From positions 32,001-96,000 of the IMG/VR virus record IMGVR_UViG_3300009008_000009: a stretch of 64,000 nucleotides of DNA; one strand, 5' to 3'. The notes under the pieces are model-generated. The model was not told the DNA's origin. It did no database searches and saw nothing but the letters and a program-made list of their open reading frames with translations. Both the position numbers and the translations under genes were made by a program. This stretch comes from a virus. The stretch's first letter is position 1, and every line of letters begins with the position of its first letter. Positions 17,310-26,686 of the stretch are shown piece by piece.

Positions 17310-17321
17310 CGTCCCCGGCCA

Positions 17322-17359
17322 CCTGCGAGCGTCGGGGGCACCCCTGCCCCTTACGCAGG
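17322..17359 (-). terminator. Nested GC-rich hairpin after the UvrD stop
   Basis: cctgcg...cgcagg outer stem, ggggca-cccc-tgcccc inner stem; no clear U-tract. Confidence 0.35.
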
Positions 17360-17365
17360 AAATCC

Positions 17366-20300
17366 TTATGCTGCTGTGTCTAATACCGCCAGTTCCTGTA
17401 GGAATCTTGACGGTTGGAACTCTCTGCTCATCCCCGTGCGCCTGCCGCAGCTACTCAGGAATGCCCGCTCCTCGGCCCGGGTTACGGCTACGTACGTCAC
17501 CCTGCGCTCTTCCTCGATACCCTTGTCGCCTTCCATCAGGGAGCGCCAGTGGGGCAGGGTTCCGTCGCTGAGTCCGATTACGAATACGGTCTTGAACTCG
17601 AGCCCCTTACTACGATGGACCGTCAGCAGTGTGATGGCCCTGCGTTCGGTGCTGTCTGACTCCGGCTTGGCTGCGCTGGATGCGTAAATCAGGAATCCGG
17701 TGAGGTCGTCGAAGTCGATCATCTTACCCTGAAGGGTGTCGAGGTTCTCAATCTTCGGGTTCTCTACGCTGCTGGAGAAGTTCTTGGAGATGAACTTGTC
17801 GTATCCGAACATCGACCGGATGTTGGAAATCAGCCTGCTCAGGTCTGGTTTCATCCGGTAGGCATCGAGCAGCTGCTTGAGCTTGCTGGCAAACTGCTGG
17901 GCGTTCCGGCTCATGTAGCTCTTGCTGTATCCTCCGCGCCTGAGCGCCTCGTAAGGGTCTTCACCGTTCTTCACCCGGCGTGCCCACTCCTGTGTAAAGG
18001 CTCGGCCCAGATACCGGTTCGGGCGGTTGATTATCCGTTCGAATGCGCCGTAGTCGGTTTCGAATCCCCACTTGGTCTTGAGCAGTCTGGTTACCGCTTC
18101 CTGTGTGGTGTCGTTCTCGGTGTCAATCCAGTCGATGACCGCCATGTAGGCAACCATGTCCTTTATCTCTTCGCGCCCGTAGAAGCCGGTGGAACCGAGG
18201 ATTACGTAGGGCAGGCCCTTACGTATCAATGCGTCCTCAATGGCTGCGCTCTGGGCGTTCGTGCGGTAAAGTACCGCAAAGTCCCCGGGGCTCGCTCCGC
18301 CTTCAATCTCGTCGCGCATGATGCCGGTTACCTCGTCCGCTTCCATGACATCGTCAGGGTAGTGGGCAAGGAACTCTACTCCGCCTGTGGCTGCGTTGTT
18401 GGCGACACAATCCGGTGCGTCGAATGCTGCGTGCTGAATGATACTGTTGCCTGCTTCTACTACTTGCGAGCTCGACCGGTAGTTGCGGCTCATGTAGAGC
18501 ACCTTCCCATTGGGAAAGTGGTCGGGGAAGTTAATCGTCAGGTCGACCTGTGCTCCCCGGAATCCGTAGATGCTGTTGTGAACGACAACGTCGTTTGCAA
18601 AGTAAAGATGTGTTTGGTCCACCTCAAGATCATAAACATCAACTTCACCAGTAATAACCTCAATATCAACAATCTCGTCCGGAACAATCGTGTAGTTCAC
18701 CCTGTTGTATGGAGGTCTTTTAGCCTTAAGTGGTTCATCCAGTTTAATAGCTCGGAACAAACGAAACCCACGGTGAAGACCTCGGGCAGGAACTACAATT
18801 ACTTGACGGTGACTTTTCATGTGAGGAATATGAACGTTCTCCTGAACGCAACCACCACATTCTTCTGCGAGTTTTCGAGCGTACTGTTGAGCTGAAGAGT
18901 AAGATGCAAAACTCCTCCGAGTCTGACTCCCATCAACATCAAGAACAACCCCGTGTAAAATAGAGGAACGATCTATGTACTTACGAGCACGTTTACTTTT
19001 TAGGTCAGTATGAAGTTTAACGGAGTCATTGAGATTTAGATAAACCACAGGAAGTCGTCCGGGATCGAACTCACTTACTTGTCTTTTTGCACCGTTGTTA
19101 GACACTGGAACGTTGTCAACGTCGTTAAGTTCAGGAAAGTCGGAGAGCATCCGGGAAACACCACTCAAATGATGATCACCGAGCTTTCCATAAAGTTCGT
19201 ACAAAGTCTCTTCAGATATTACTTCACCACCATGTCGATGATAAGTCTGAGTGGGAATACAGTACACTAATGAAATCCAAGACTCAAACAGAAGGGCATC
19301 TCTTTTGGTCTTGAATGACCTAAGAATCTTCATATGGTCAGGGCGCTCTCCTGTTCTCCGAGACCAAATGTTCTTTGTAACCCCAACTCTCCACCCGAAA
19401 TTTCCCTTTTTCATGACGTAGACATAGTACCATTCAGCAGGATTATTGTATCCAACAATCACAGAATGAACAGGTATTCGATGTTCCGGGGTTGTCAAAA
19501 ACTCAGTCCCCGAAGCTAGTTTTATTTTCAGAAGAGTTTCTTTCTTAGTTTTGTAAACTTCATTCACAAAAGACTTTGTGACGCCAAGTTTGCGAACTGG
19601 TGTAGCAACACTGTCCCCCTTCACAATAGTCTCAATCGCCTTCGCAGTCCCGTCCCCCATCCGAACCATTGTACCAGCAGGAAAACATTGTCGATGATCT
19701 CCGACCGCAAAAAGGTTACCGTGAGTCTCGGCGAGGTTCGCGACAATCTTGGCCTGTAGGGTGTCGGTGTCTTGGAACTCGTCTACCATTACCCACTGAA
19801 AGCGCTTCGACCACTTCCGGGCAATGGCTGGCTTGTCCCTGAACATCTTATAGGTCAGCACAATCATGTCGTTGAAGTCGATGAACTTTCCGCGTGAGTC
19901 GCCGCGCTTCTTGGCCTTGATGTACTCTCCCCAGATCTGGTAAGTCAGGGCGTCTCGGGGTGTTGAGTCCTCACCGTAGAAAAGCTCCACCGCTGTTTCG
20001 TAAGTGTAGCCTGCACTGACAGCGCTGGAAATCTGGCCGAGGTAAAGCAGAGGCTCCCATGCATCCGACTCTTCGTCGTATCCGAGCTTCTTCAAGATCT
20101 CCTCGATCATGCGCCGGGCCTTGAAGTCGTCCAAGGTCTGAATGCGTGGTGCGTAATCGGGATCGTAGCTAATCAGGTCTTCGCGCAGCACCCGATAGCA
20201 GAAGGAGTGCATGGTGCTGATCCAAGGTTTGTTCGGTTCGAACTTACCAATCTCGATACCGAGCTGCTGACCGAGGCGGTTCTTCATCTCGTCAGCTGCC

Positions 20301-20506
20301 TTATTGGTAAAGGTAAAGGCAAGAATCTCGCCCTGTGGAATACCTGTGTCTTGGATGAGATGAACAATCTTAGAGGTGAGCACGCGGGTCTTACCCGACC
20401 CGGCTGCTGCTACCAGTAAGGTTGTCCCGGTGGACTTTACTGCTGCCATCTGATCCGCGTCAAGGTCGACCGCAGCGGCTGGGTCGGTTTGGCGGGTAAG
20501 TTTCAT
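17366..20506 (-). CDS. uvrD: UvrD/PcrA SF1 helicase containing an intein
   Basis: AAAGSGKT, FTFTNKAA, VDEFQD, GDHRQ|intein|SIYGFRGA, NYRS, TVHRSKGLEF, EERRVTYVAVTRA. Confidence 0.95.
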   Translation of the reverse strand: MKLTRQTDPAAAVDLDADQMAAVKSTGTTLLVAAAGSGKTRVLTSKIVHLIQDTGIPQGEILAFTFTNKAADEMKNRLGQQLGIEIGKFEPNKPWISTMHSFCYRVLREDLISYDPDYAPRIQTLDDFKARRMIEEILKKLGYDEESDAWEPLLYLGQISSAVSAGYTYETAVELFYGEDSTPRDALTYQIWGEYIKAKKRGDSRGKFIDFNDMIVLTYKMFRDKPAIARKWSKRFQWVMVDEFQDTDTLQAKIVANLAETHGNLFAVGDHRQCFPAGTMVRMGDGTAKAIETIVKGDSVATPVRKLGVTKSFVNEVYKTKKETLLKIKLASGTEFLTTPEHRIPVHSVIVGYNNPAEWYYVYVMKKGNFGWRVGVTKNIWSRRTGERPDHMKILRSFKTKRDALLFESWISLVYCIPTQTYHRHGGEVISEETLYELYGKLGDHHLSGVSRMLSDFPELNDVDNVPVSNNGAKRQVSEFDPGRLPVVYLNLNDSVKLHTDLKSKRARKYIDRSSILHGVVLDVDGSQTRRSFASYSSAQQYARKLAEECGGCVQENVHIPHMKSHRQVIVVPARGLHRGFRLFRAIKLDEPLKAKRPPYNRVNYTIVPDEIVDIEVITGEVDVYDLEVDQTHLYFANDVVVHNSIYGFRGAQVDLTINFPDHFPNGKVLYMSRNYRSSSQVVEAGNSIIQHAAFDAPDCVANNAATGGVEFLAHYPDDVMEADEVTGIMRDEIEGGASPGDFAVLYRTNAQSAAIEDALIRKGLPYVILGSTGFYGREEIKDMVAYMAVIDWIDTENDTTQEAVTRLLKTKWGFETDYGAFERIINRPNRYLGRAFTQEWARRVKNGEDPYEALRRGGYSKSYMSRNAQQFASKLKQLLDAYRMKPDLSRLISNIRSMFGYDKFISKNFSSSVENPKIENLDTLQGKMIDFDDLTGFLIYASSAAKPESDSTERRAITLLTVHRSKGLEFKTVFVIGLSDGTLPHWRSLMEGDKGIEEERRVTYVAVTRAEERAFLSSCGRRTGMSREFQPSRFLQELAVLDTAA
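18575..19687 (-). mobile_element. Intein (371 aa) with a GIY-YIG-like central domain
   Basis: Starts CFPAGT, block B TPEHRI, ends VYDLEV..HLYFANDVVVHN followed by Ser; visibly more AT-rich than the exteins. Confidence 0.92.
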
Positions 20507-20558
20507 CGGTTCCTCCGCGTGGATGTAGGGGTGCGTTCTCTCTAACGCTCACATGTAC

Positions 20559-20587
20559 ATTATAAGAAATATACGAGACAATTGCAA
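20559..20587 (-). promoter_or_regulatory. Near-consensus sigma70 promoter for uvrD
   Basis: TTGCAA-17 bp-TATAAT; GGAGG RBS before the ATG at 20506. Confidence 0.8.
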
Positions 20588-20613
20588 GTCTTATACAAGT
20601 TAGCTCTTGCTCT

Positions 20614-21690
20614 CTACCACGTGTCTCCATCAATAAGTCGCTCGTAAACCTTCATGACTTCTTCAACGTAAGCCTTAGCTGTGTAGCGGTCTCGGGCGTG
20701 AGCTCGCATCGCACGTCGGTTGCTATCACTACCGTGCAAGTCAATGTCAGCTAAGGTATCCACAAACCCCTCAACGATGGCACCCTTTGTGTAACCATCA
20801 ACATCAATAAGAGACCCAAGTGGTGTGTCTGGCTGCCCAGTTTCGTACGGGTCAATGAGCTCAGGAACTCCGCCGACACGCGTAGCTATAGGATAACAGC
20901 CGAGGGTCTGCGCTTCCTTGACCACCCCCGGTGACGCATCCATCCCAATCGAAGTGAATAAAAATGCTGCACAAGTTTGATATGCTCGCCACTTTGATTC
21001 GGAGTAGGCACCAAGTGGACCCATATACTTGACCATCTCCGTATCTCTAGCGTAGGTCTTGTGCCAGTAAGTATGATCGGAAATGTGACCATAAATGTGA
21101 ATCTTGAGTCCAATATCCTCGGCCACAGTCATTGCAATGTCTGGCCGCTTAAGCTCCCAGATACCAGCAAGCCACATCAACGTGTCCGGAGATCGTTCAA
21201 TTTCCGGGTAGACATCCTGCAAGTCTGCTGGGTCCGTCCCAAAGGGTGGAGTTAGAACTGGTGCCCGTTCATCCCACTCAGAATGGGCACGTGCGCCCTT
21301 GGAACAAAAGGCTACGTTTGTCATCCCCGGTTGTAGGTACTTACGCTCAGCGTCGCCGTGTGATTGCGCTAGGTATGGAATGTCAAAGTCAAGGATGATG
21401 TCCCGTAGTCCAAGGAAGGCAGAGTGGTCATGGACAAAGTCAACGTCCTGATCCTTGAGTAGGTCTCGAAGAGTCGAAGCCATAGCAAGCTCCGCACCAA
21501 TCCCCCACCCAGAAGGAAACTCGTACGAACGGATAATCGGTGGAAGTTGTGACCCAGACCGACAGAACACGATGACCTCGTGGCCTGCCTTGGTGAGCTC
21601 TACCGCCTCCTGAGCAACGACCTGCTCAACCCCACCCCATGTGTCTGGTGGAGTTTTGAGTAGTAATCGTGATATCAGCAGTACTTTCAT
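20614..21690 (-). CDS. Glycosyltransferase family 4
   Basis: PPDTWGGVE, GHEV, VHDHS, EAQTLGCYPIATRVGGVPE. Confidence 0.88.
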   Translation of the reverse strand: MKVLLISRLLLKTPPDTWGGVEQVVAQEAVELTKAGHEVIVFCRSGSQLPPIIRSYEFPSGWGIGAELAMASTLRDLLKDQDVDFVHDHSAFLGLRDIILDFDIPYLAQSHGDAERKYLQPGMTNVAFCSKGARAHSEWDERAPVLTPPFGTDPADLQDVYPEIERSPDTLMWLAGIWELKRPDIAMTVAEDIGLKIHIYGHISDHTYWHKTYARDTEMVKYMGPLGAYSESKWRAYQTCAAFLFTSIGMDASPGVVKEAQTLGCYPIATRVGGVPELIDPYETGQPDTPLGSLIDVDGYTKGAIVEGFVDTLADIDLHGSDSNRRAMRAHARDRYTAKAYVEEVMKVYERLIDGDTW

Positions 21691-21693
21691 AGG

Positions 21694-22422
21694 TTAGTCC
21701 GCGAATACTGGTTTACGTTCCACAGTCTCATCTGGGTCTTCCCACGGGACGTCCTGACCAACCCAGCGCTGCACAATTCGACGGTGGTTCTCTCGCTGTA
21801 GCTCGTGCATGAACGGTCCGGGGGGCTTGGCAGAGTTATGAGTTGCCACGGACCCATCACAGCACTTCATACGAATCCCCAGCATCTTCATGTTGAGCTG
21901 AAGGTCAGTTTCCTCATGCCAGTGCAGCCCGAAGTCGGTGTCGTAAGACAACCCACGATTCGGGAACGCCCAGCAATACCCCATCAGCAGATCACAGTAC
22001 TCGCCGGGATTTGCACGGAGCCGTGCGATGGGTTCGTGAAGGTCGTGGAAGGCAAAGTGCCCCATCGGACCGACTGCGGTATTTGCATCCAAGTGCTCGT
22101 TGAGCACAGGTAGGAGATTGTCACTAACAACTACGTCGTCGTCCACCTGAACAACGTAGGCACCGTTCGCAATCTCAAATCCGTAGTTCCGAGCAACCAC
22201 GCCTTCATTCTTTTCCAGCTTGATATAAGCCATGGCCGCGTCTGCGCCGTGAACGTATCCCTTCACAAACTCCAGCGTCCGAGGGTCAACCCCACCGTTG
22301 TCAACTACAATAACCTCGGATACTCCGTCCCCCTTGCGGATTGCATTGGCAACGGACATGACACACTTGGAAAAGTGTTCTGGTCGGTTGTAGGTAAGAA
22401 TCACAAAAGAGTACTTCACCAT
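21694..22422 (-). CDS. Glycosyltransferase family 2
   Basis: SFVILTYNR, VVDNG, ARNYG, VDDD, EETDL. Confidence 0.88.
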   Translation of the reverse strand: MVKYSFVILTYNRPEHFSKCVMSVANAIRKGDGVSEVIVVDNGGVDPRTLEFVKGYVHGADAAMAYIKLEKNEGVVARNYGFEIANGAYVVQVDDDVVVSDNLLPVLNEHLDANTAVGPMGHFAFHDLHEPIARLRANPGEYCDLLMGYCWAFPNRGLSYDTDFGLHWHEETDLQLNMKMLGIRMKCCDGSVATHNSAKPPGPFMHELQRENHRRIVQRWVGQDVPWEDPDETVERKPVFAD

Positions 22423-22423
22423 G

Positions 22424-23206
22424 TTAATTCCCTCCGAAGTACTGAGCGTGAATGTTCTGCGCTGAGCTCAAAAGACGGTCGGTGTCGGTATTGGCAAGTT
22501 GACCGTCGTGATATCTGTACAGGTATAGTGTTTCCCATGTGTTGGCGAACTTCCATCCGGTCTTCGTTACAATCTCACACCAGAGTGCGTAGTCCTCAGC
22601 GGCGTGCTGAACCGGATACAGGCTACCAAGGTCAAGGAACACCTGCATACGCATCATCACTGTCGGATGAGCAAAGCATGGTCGACCTACTTGAAGACGC
22701 TCTTGCACCAATCGGTCGTGCTCGTATGGCTCACGGACCAGTTCACGTGGCTCCCTGTCCGGCCCGATAGCTTTCCACGAAGTACCAACCACACCGACCT
22801 TTGGATTGTCCAGTAAAAACTGGAGTTGCTTTTGAAACCGGTCGGGCATGGATAAGTCGTCGGCGTCCATCCGAGCAACAAACTCAAACTGGAGTGTGTC
22901 TGCTAAGGTGAGTCCGTCGTTCAAGAGATAGGCAACCCGGGAGTGAGAGTCGGGAACATCCTCAGGAACACGTCCAAGCGCTAGACTTGTATTAACGAAT
23001 GGCGTCTTGGCCTCGGCATCTTCCGACAGATTCCACTTGAAGATTGAGTCCTTGTGATCGTTCGACATCGCAGGATCAAGTACCATGATAAGCAGCACCT
23101 GAACATCTCCGCGCTCGTCAAGCTCGCTGTCGAGAACTGACTTCGCTGCCTGCCTGAAGTAGTCGTCGTCCTGCTTTACCGGCATAATTACGGCAATGCG
23201 ATACAT
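22424..23206 (-). CDS. Glycosyltransferase family 2
   Basis: AVIMPV, ARMDADD, HPTVMMR, AEDYALW. Confidence 0.88.
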   Translation of the reverse strand: MYRIAVIMPVKQDDDYFRQAAKSVLDSELDERGDVQVLLIMVLDPAMSNDHKDSIFKWNLSEDAEAKTPFVNTSLALGRVPEDVPDSHSRVAYLLNDGLTLADTLQFEFVARMDADDLSMPDRFQKQLQFLLDNPKVGVVGTSWKAIGPDREPRELVREPYEHDRLVQERLQVGRPCFAHPTVMMRMQVFLDLGSLYPVQHAAEDYALWCEIVTKTGWKFANTWETLYLYRYHDGQLANTDTDRLLSSAQNIHAQYFGGN

Positions 23207-24069
23207 CGTTTAACTCCGGTCATAACCATATCAACAGAAACAGAATCAAGACACTTCGGGGGGTCAAGATTCAACGGGCAGTTCGCCGCCTGATCATCAA
23301 ACTTGCGAATTTCACATTCATTGCATACCCCAGATGAAACAGGGTGGCTAAGTAAGTTGTGATGGGCGTACACCCGGGCGGGTACAACTGAAAAAATAAC
23401 TACAGCGGGTACGAGGTGGCTGGCAGCCACGTGAGCCCCAGCAGAGTCATTACCAATAAACAGACTAGATACAGAAATCAGAGTGGCTGCCTGCCTCCAC
23501 GTTGTCTCACCTCGGTAGTCTACAAAGCGAGGATCGTCAATACGTATTTGAGGTGAGTCAGAAGTACCAATCTGTACCACCCACAGCGGAGTGGAGCTCA
23601 AAAGCTCAAGAGCAACCTGCCGGAAACGGTCGACATCCCACTCACGAGTGCGCCATCCAGCTCCAGTGTCTATGGTAACATAACCGCCCTTGATCATGGA
23701 GTGTCCGGCATAATTGTAGGCTGGAGAACAAATCTTGGATGGAAATTCGTCTGCAAGTCCCAGACAAAGAACAGGAACCCTGTCCGCAAGAACGTCTGGT
23801 TCCAAGGTTACACCAGCCTGACCTGCAAAGTGATCTACAATGTGCTGGTCATAGCGCACGGCACCGAAGGGTGGATGTAGTATCTTTTCACCACCCCCAA
23901 CGTCACCATCACGAACATATGGGTTGTACTTCCATACGTCAGGAAATCGAGTGGACTCATTCTGCCACTCGATCTTGATCTCTTCATTAGGGTTCTGAAT
24001 TGCGTACCGTCGAACGGCAGGGGTCATACAAAGCTGGTCTCCACGCCCGCCCCGCACCTTGAAAATCAT
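23188..24069 (-). CDS. Glycosyltransferase family 9 (heptosyltransferase-like)
   Basis: GGRGDQLCMTP, FIGNDSAGAHVAA, C-terminal Cys cluster. Confidence 0.85.
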   Translation of the reverse strand: MIFKVRGGRGDQLCMTPAVRRYAIQNPNEEIKIEWQNESTRFPDVWKYNPYVRDGDVGGGEKILHPPFGAVRYDQHIVDHFAGQAGVTLEPDVLADRVPVLCLGLADEFPSKICSPAYNYAGHSMIKGGYVTIDTGAGWRTREWDVDRFRQVALELLSSTPLWVVQIGTSDSPQIRIDDPRFVDYRGETTWRQAATLISVSSLFIGNDSAGAHVAASHLVPAVVIFSVVPARVYAHHNLLSHPVSSGVCNECEIRKFDDQAANCPLNLDPPKCLDSVSVDMVMTGVKRCIALP

Positions 24070-24857
24070 GACTCAGTCTCCCGCTTTTTCAGCTTCAGCG
24101 GCTTCTTCTTTTTCAGCTTCATCGGTTCCTTGACTGGCTGCTCCTTGAACATGTCTGGCCACAACTTCGGTCCCCACTTGAAGTAAGCCCGGTCCTTACT
24201 GGCCTTCTGAGTTTCAGCGTGCTCCGTGGATACCTGACTCGGGTGCATCCTATACAGGTTCAAGGGTGCCGGGATGTTGGCGAATCGCATGTCAGTGGTT
24301 GCCAAAATGCGAAGCCACATCTCGATGTCCTCGGCGTGTCTGAAGTCGGTGTCATACCCCCCGGCCTCCTTGACCTTGTCGGTCCTGAACATCACTGTCG
24401 GATGACCAAGAGCTGTGTAAGTCTTGAACCCTTCGACAATTGCATCGTGGTCTGTCGGGAATTGGACGCCTCCAGACGATCTGCTGTTCTCGTCGATGTA
24501 GTCAAAGTTCGTGCCTACAACGTCGATGTCCGGATTCTTCTGTAGGAACTCGAGCTGGGCCTCAAGTCTGCTCGGGTGCATAACATCGTCAGCATCGAAG
24601 CGGGCGGCAAACTCAGTGCTACAGTGCTCAAGCATTGTATTGAGCGCCGCGATGAGACCTTGGTTCTGTTTTCGACGAAGAATAGTGGTGCGGTCGTCCA
24701 TCATATCACGGAGAATGGTCTCGGAGTTGTCCGTGCAGCCGTCCAGCAGTGCAATAAGATGAAAGTCGGACATGCTCTGCATCTGAATACCCTGCAACGC
24801 CTCAGTCAGATACTTCTCGGCGTTGTAAATGGGCAGGAGGATTGATACCTGTGCCAT
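24066..24857 (-). CDS. Glycosyltransferase family 2
   Basis: SILLPIYN, DGCTD, ARFDADD, HPTVMFR, AEDIEMW. Confidence 0.92.
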   Translation of the reverse strand: MAQVSILLPIYNAEKYLTEALQGIQMQSMSDFHLIALLDGCTDNSETILRDMMDDRTTILRRKQNQGLIAALNTMLEHCSTEFAARFDADDVMHPSRLEAQLEFLQKNPDIDVVGTNFDYIDENSRSSGGVQFPTDHDAIVEGFKTYTALGHPTVMFRTDKVKEAGGYDTDFRHAEDIEMWLRILATTDMRFANIPAPLNLYRMHPSQVSTEHAETQKASKDRAYFKWGPKLWPDMFKEQPVKEPMKLKKKKPLKLKKRETES

Positions 24858-25789
24858 TACACCATCTCCTTGAGTTTCGGCACCACTTCTTGGAACCTGT
24901 GAATGTACTGGTGTTCCCGAATCACCCGGGCACGGGCAGCTATTGCGATCTGGCTCCGCAGTTCTTCGTTGTCCACCAGCATCTCTATCTTCTCACGAAG
25001 GTCGTTCTGGTCTGTAAATGTCTCGCACTCCACCCCCGGCTCAAACATATCACTGATTCTCGGGTTGTCTGAGATGGGGACGGCCCCCGATGCGGCGGCT
25101 TCGAAGTCCCGGAACTTAAACTGGTGTCCGTCGCCGTGAGACGCCTTGCTGGGAGAAATGACAGTCTTCGCTGCTGACATGTGAGCGGTGTACTCCACCC
25201 ACTTGAGGTACAGCCCGTTTATACCCGCGACAAAGGCTTGGTCTAACCCACCAGTTGCATTGTTGATCAGCGATGGGCGATTACCGTGGCCGGTCCCGGA
25301 GAACATTGTTGAATACAGTTTATTACCAGCCACAGAAAACCAGCTCGGACAAATCGCTCGGGGACAGTAAACTACGTCCTCAAACGCAATCTCCTCATAC
25401 CGGGCTGGTCCTTCGGGTGAGTCGGTCACAACCGCGTCAAAGAGCCAGCACATCGAGGAATAGTCAGTTTCAAACCGCCAGTCATCGTTGAACACCCACA
25501 TCACCGTAGGAATACGTGGACGAGACTTCCACGTCTCTTCCGTTATCTCGTGACCGGCAAGGGGGAAATAGATGATCATTGAGTACTTATGTGCCCGAAA
25601 GGCAGTGCGAAGCAGCTCGTTCGCAATCTGGTCCCCGTACTTCCTCCCCATTCTAGTGTAGTCGAACACATCCAAGTCCACCCCATTAGTCTGAAGTGAA
25701 TGGATAAAGTGAACGTACTCCACAGAGAGATGAACAATGTCACCTTCGTAAAGATGAACTGGAGCAACCACGAGATACTTAGCGTCCAT
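24857..25789 (-). CDS. CgeB-like GT-B glycosyltransferase
   Basis: W..DD.WRF, RDFEAAASG, FEPGVEC, EHQYIHRF. Confidence 0.8.
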   Translation of the reverse strand: MDAKYLVVAPVHLYEGDIVHLSVEYVHFIHSLQTNGVDLDVFDYTRMGRKYGDQIANELLRTAFRAHKYSMIIYFPLAGHEITEETWKSRPRIPTVMWVFNDDWRFETDYSSMCWLFDAVVTDSPEGPARYEEIAFEDVVYCPRAICPSWFSVAGNKLYSTMFSGTGHGNRPSLINNATGGLDQAFVAGINGLYLKWVEYTAHMSAAKTVISPSKASHGDGHQFKFRDFEAAASGAVPISDNPRISDMFEPGVECETFTDQNDLREKIEMLVDNEELRSQIAIAARARVIREHQYIHRFQEVVPKLKEMV

Positions 25790-25794
25790 GGGCC

Positions 25795-26661
25795 TTAGTC
25801 AATGTCAATGATTTCAGGTGATAAGTACTTGTCAAACGACGGTCGATGCTTAGCTTTGATCTGCTTCAATATTTGGGGGAAGCGAGCGTTAGCCCCGTGA
25901 GACCGAGCTTCATCATGGTGGCGGTAGAACAACGTCGCCTTCTCCGCCCAGCAGAATTCAGCTCCATGCCCCGCCGCACGAATCCAAAGCTCCCAGTCCT
26001 CAAATCCATCTTTCATGTCAAGGTCAAATCCACCCAGATCTTCAAATAAAGACCTCCGGATAAGCGAGGTCGCTGGTATGTAGTTTGATCGAAGTAGTGC
26101 GCGGAAATCGTAGTCGTGCTGCTGAATAGTCCCGTGCTGGGATATGCCGTCGTCCGAGAAGATAGCAACCTTCGGGTAGGCAATGTCAGCCTTCGCGGTG
26201 TGAACCGCCCGCCACATCTCAAATAGAAAGTCTGGGTGCAGGTAGTCGTCACCGTCTACAAAGACAATCCACTCAGACTTACCTTTGGCTGCCACGGTGT
26301 TCCGGGCTTGGCATACGCCGACGTTCTCCCGTGATATCGTAACGTCAATGCCATAGTTGTCCCGGATGCGCCATAGCACCTGCCGGGGTGAGTCACTCTT
26401 GATCCCAGCCTGCGACACAGGTAGTCCAGTCCGCTGGTCGATCCGCTGCTGCAACGTTCTGTTTCCACCTTCGTCAACGGACGCCGACCCAACCGTGGAC
26501 TTTGTCGCAGGGTAGATAATCCCACGCTTTGTACTATGATCGTCAAAAACAAGTACAGAAAAGGGGATGCGTGAGTTCTGCGTAATCGCAGAATCCACGC
26601 ATCTCTCAATGTAGGCAGCATGATTATGAGTTACTACACAAACATCTATCTTACTTTCCAT
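25795..26661 (-). CDS. Glycosyltransferase family 2
   Basis: VVTHN, DDHST, ARN, FVDGDD, GGFD..M..GFEDWELW. Confidence 0.9.
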   Translation of the reverse strand: MESKIDVCVVTHNHAAYIERCVDSAITQNSRIPFSVLVFDDHSTKRGIIYPATKSTVGSASVDEGGNRTLQQRIDQRTGLPVSQAGIKSDSPRQVLWRIRDNYGIDVTISRENVGVCQARNTVAAKGKSEWIVFVDGDDYLHPDFLFEMWRAVHTAKADIAYPKVAIFSDDGISQHGTIQQHDYDFRALLRSNYIPATSLIRRSLFEDLGGFDLDMKDGFEDWELWIRAAGHGAEFCWAEKATLFYRHHDEARSHGANARFPQILKQIKAKHRPSFDKYLSPEIIDID

Positions 26662-26686
26662 CTGCTACTCCGTCTCGAACTACCTG

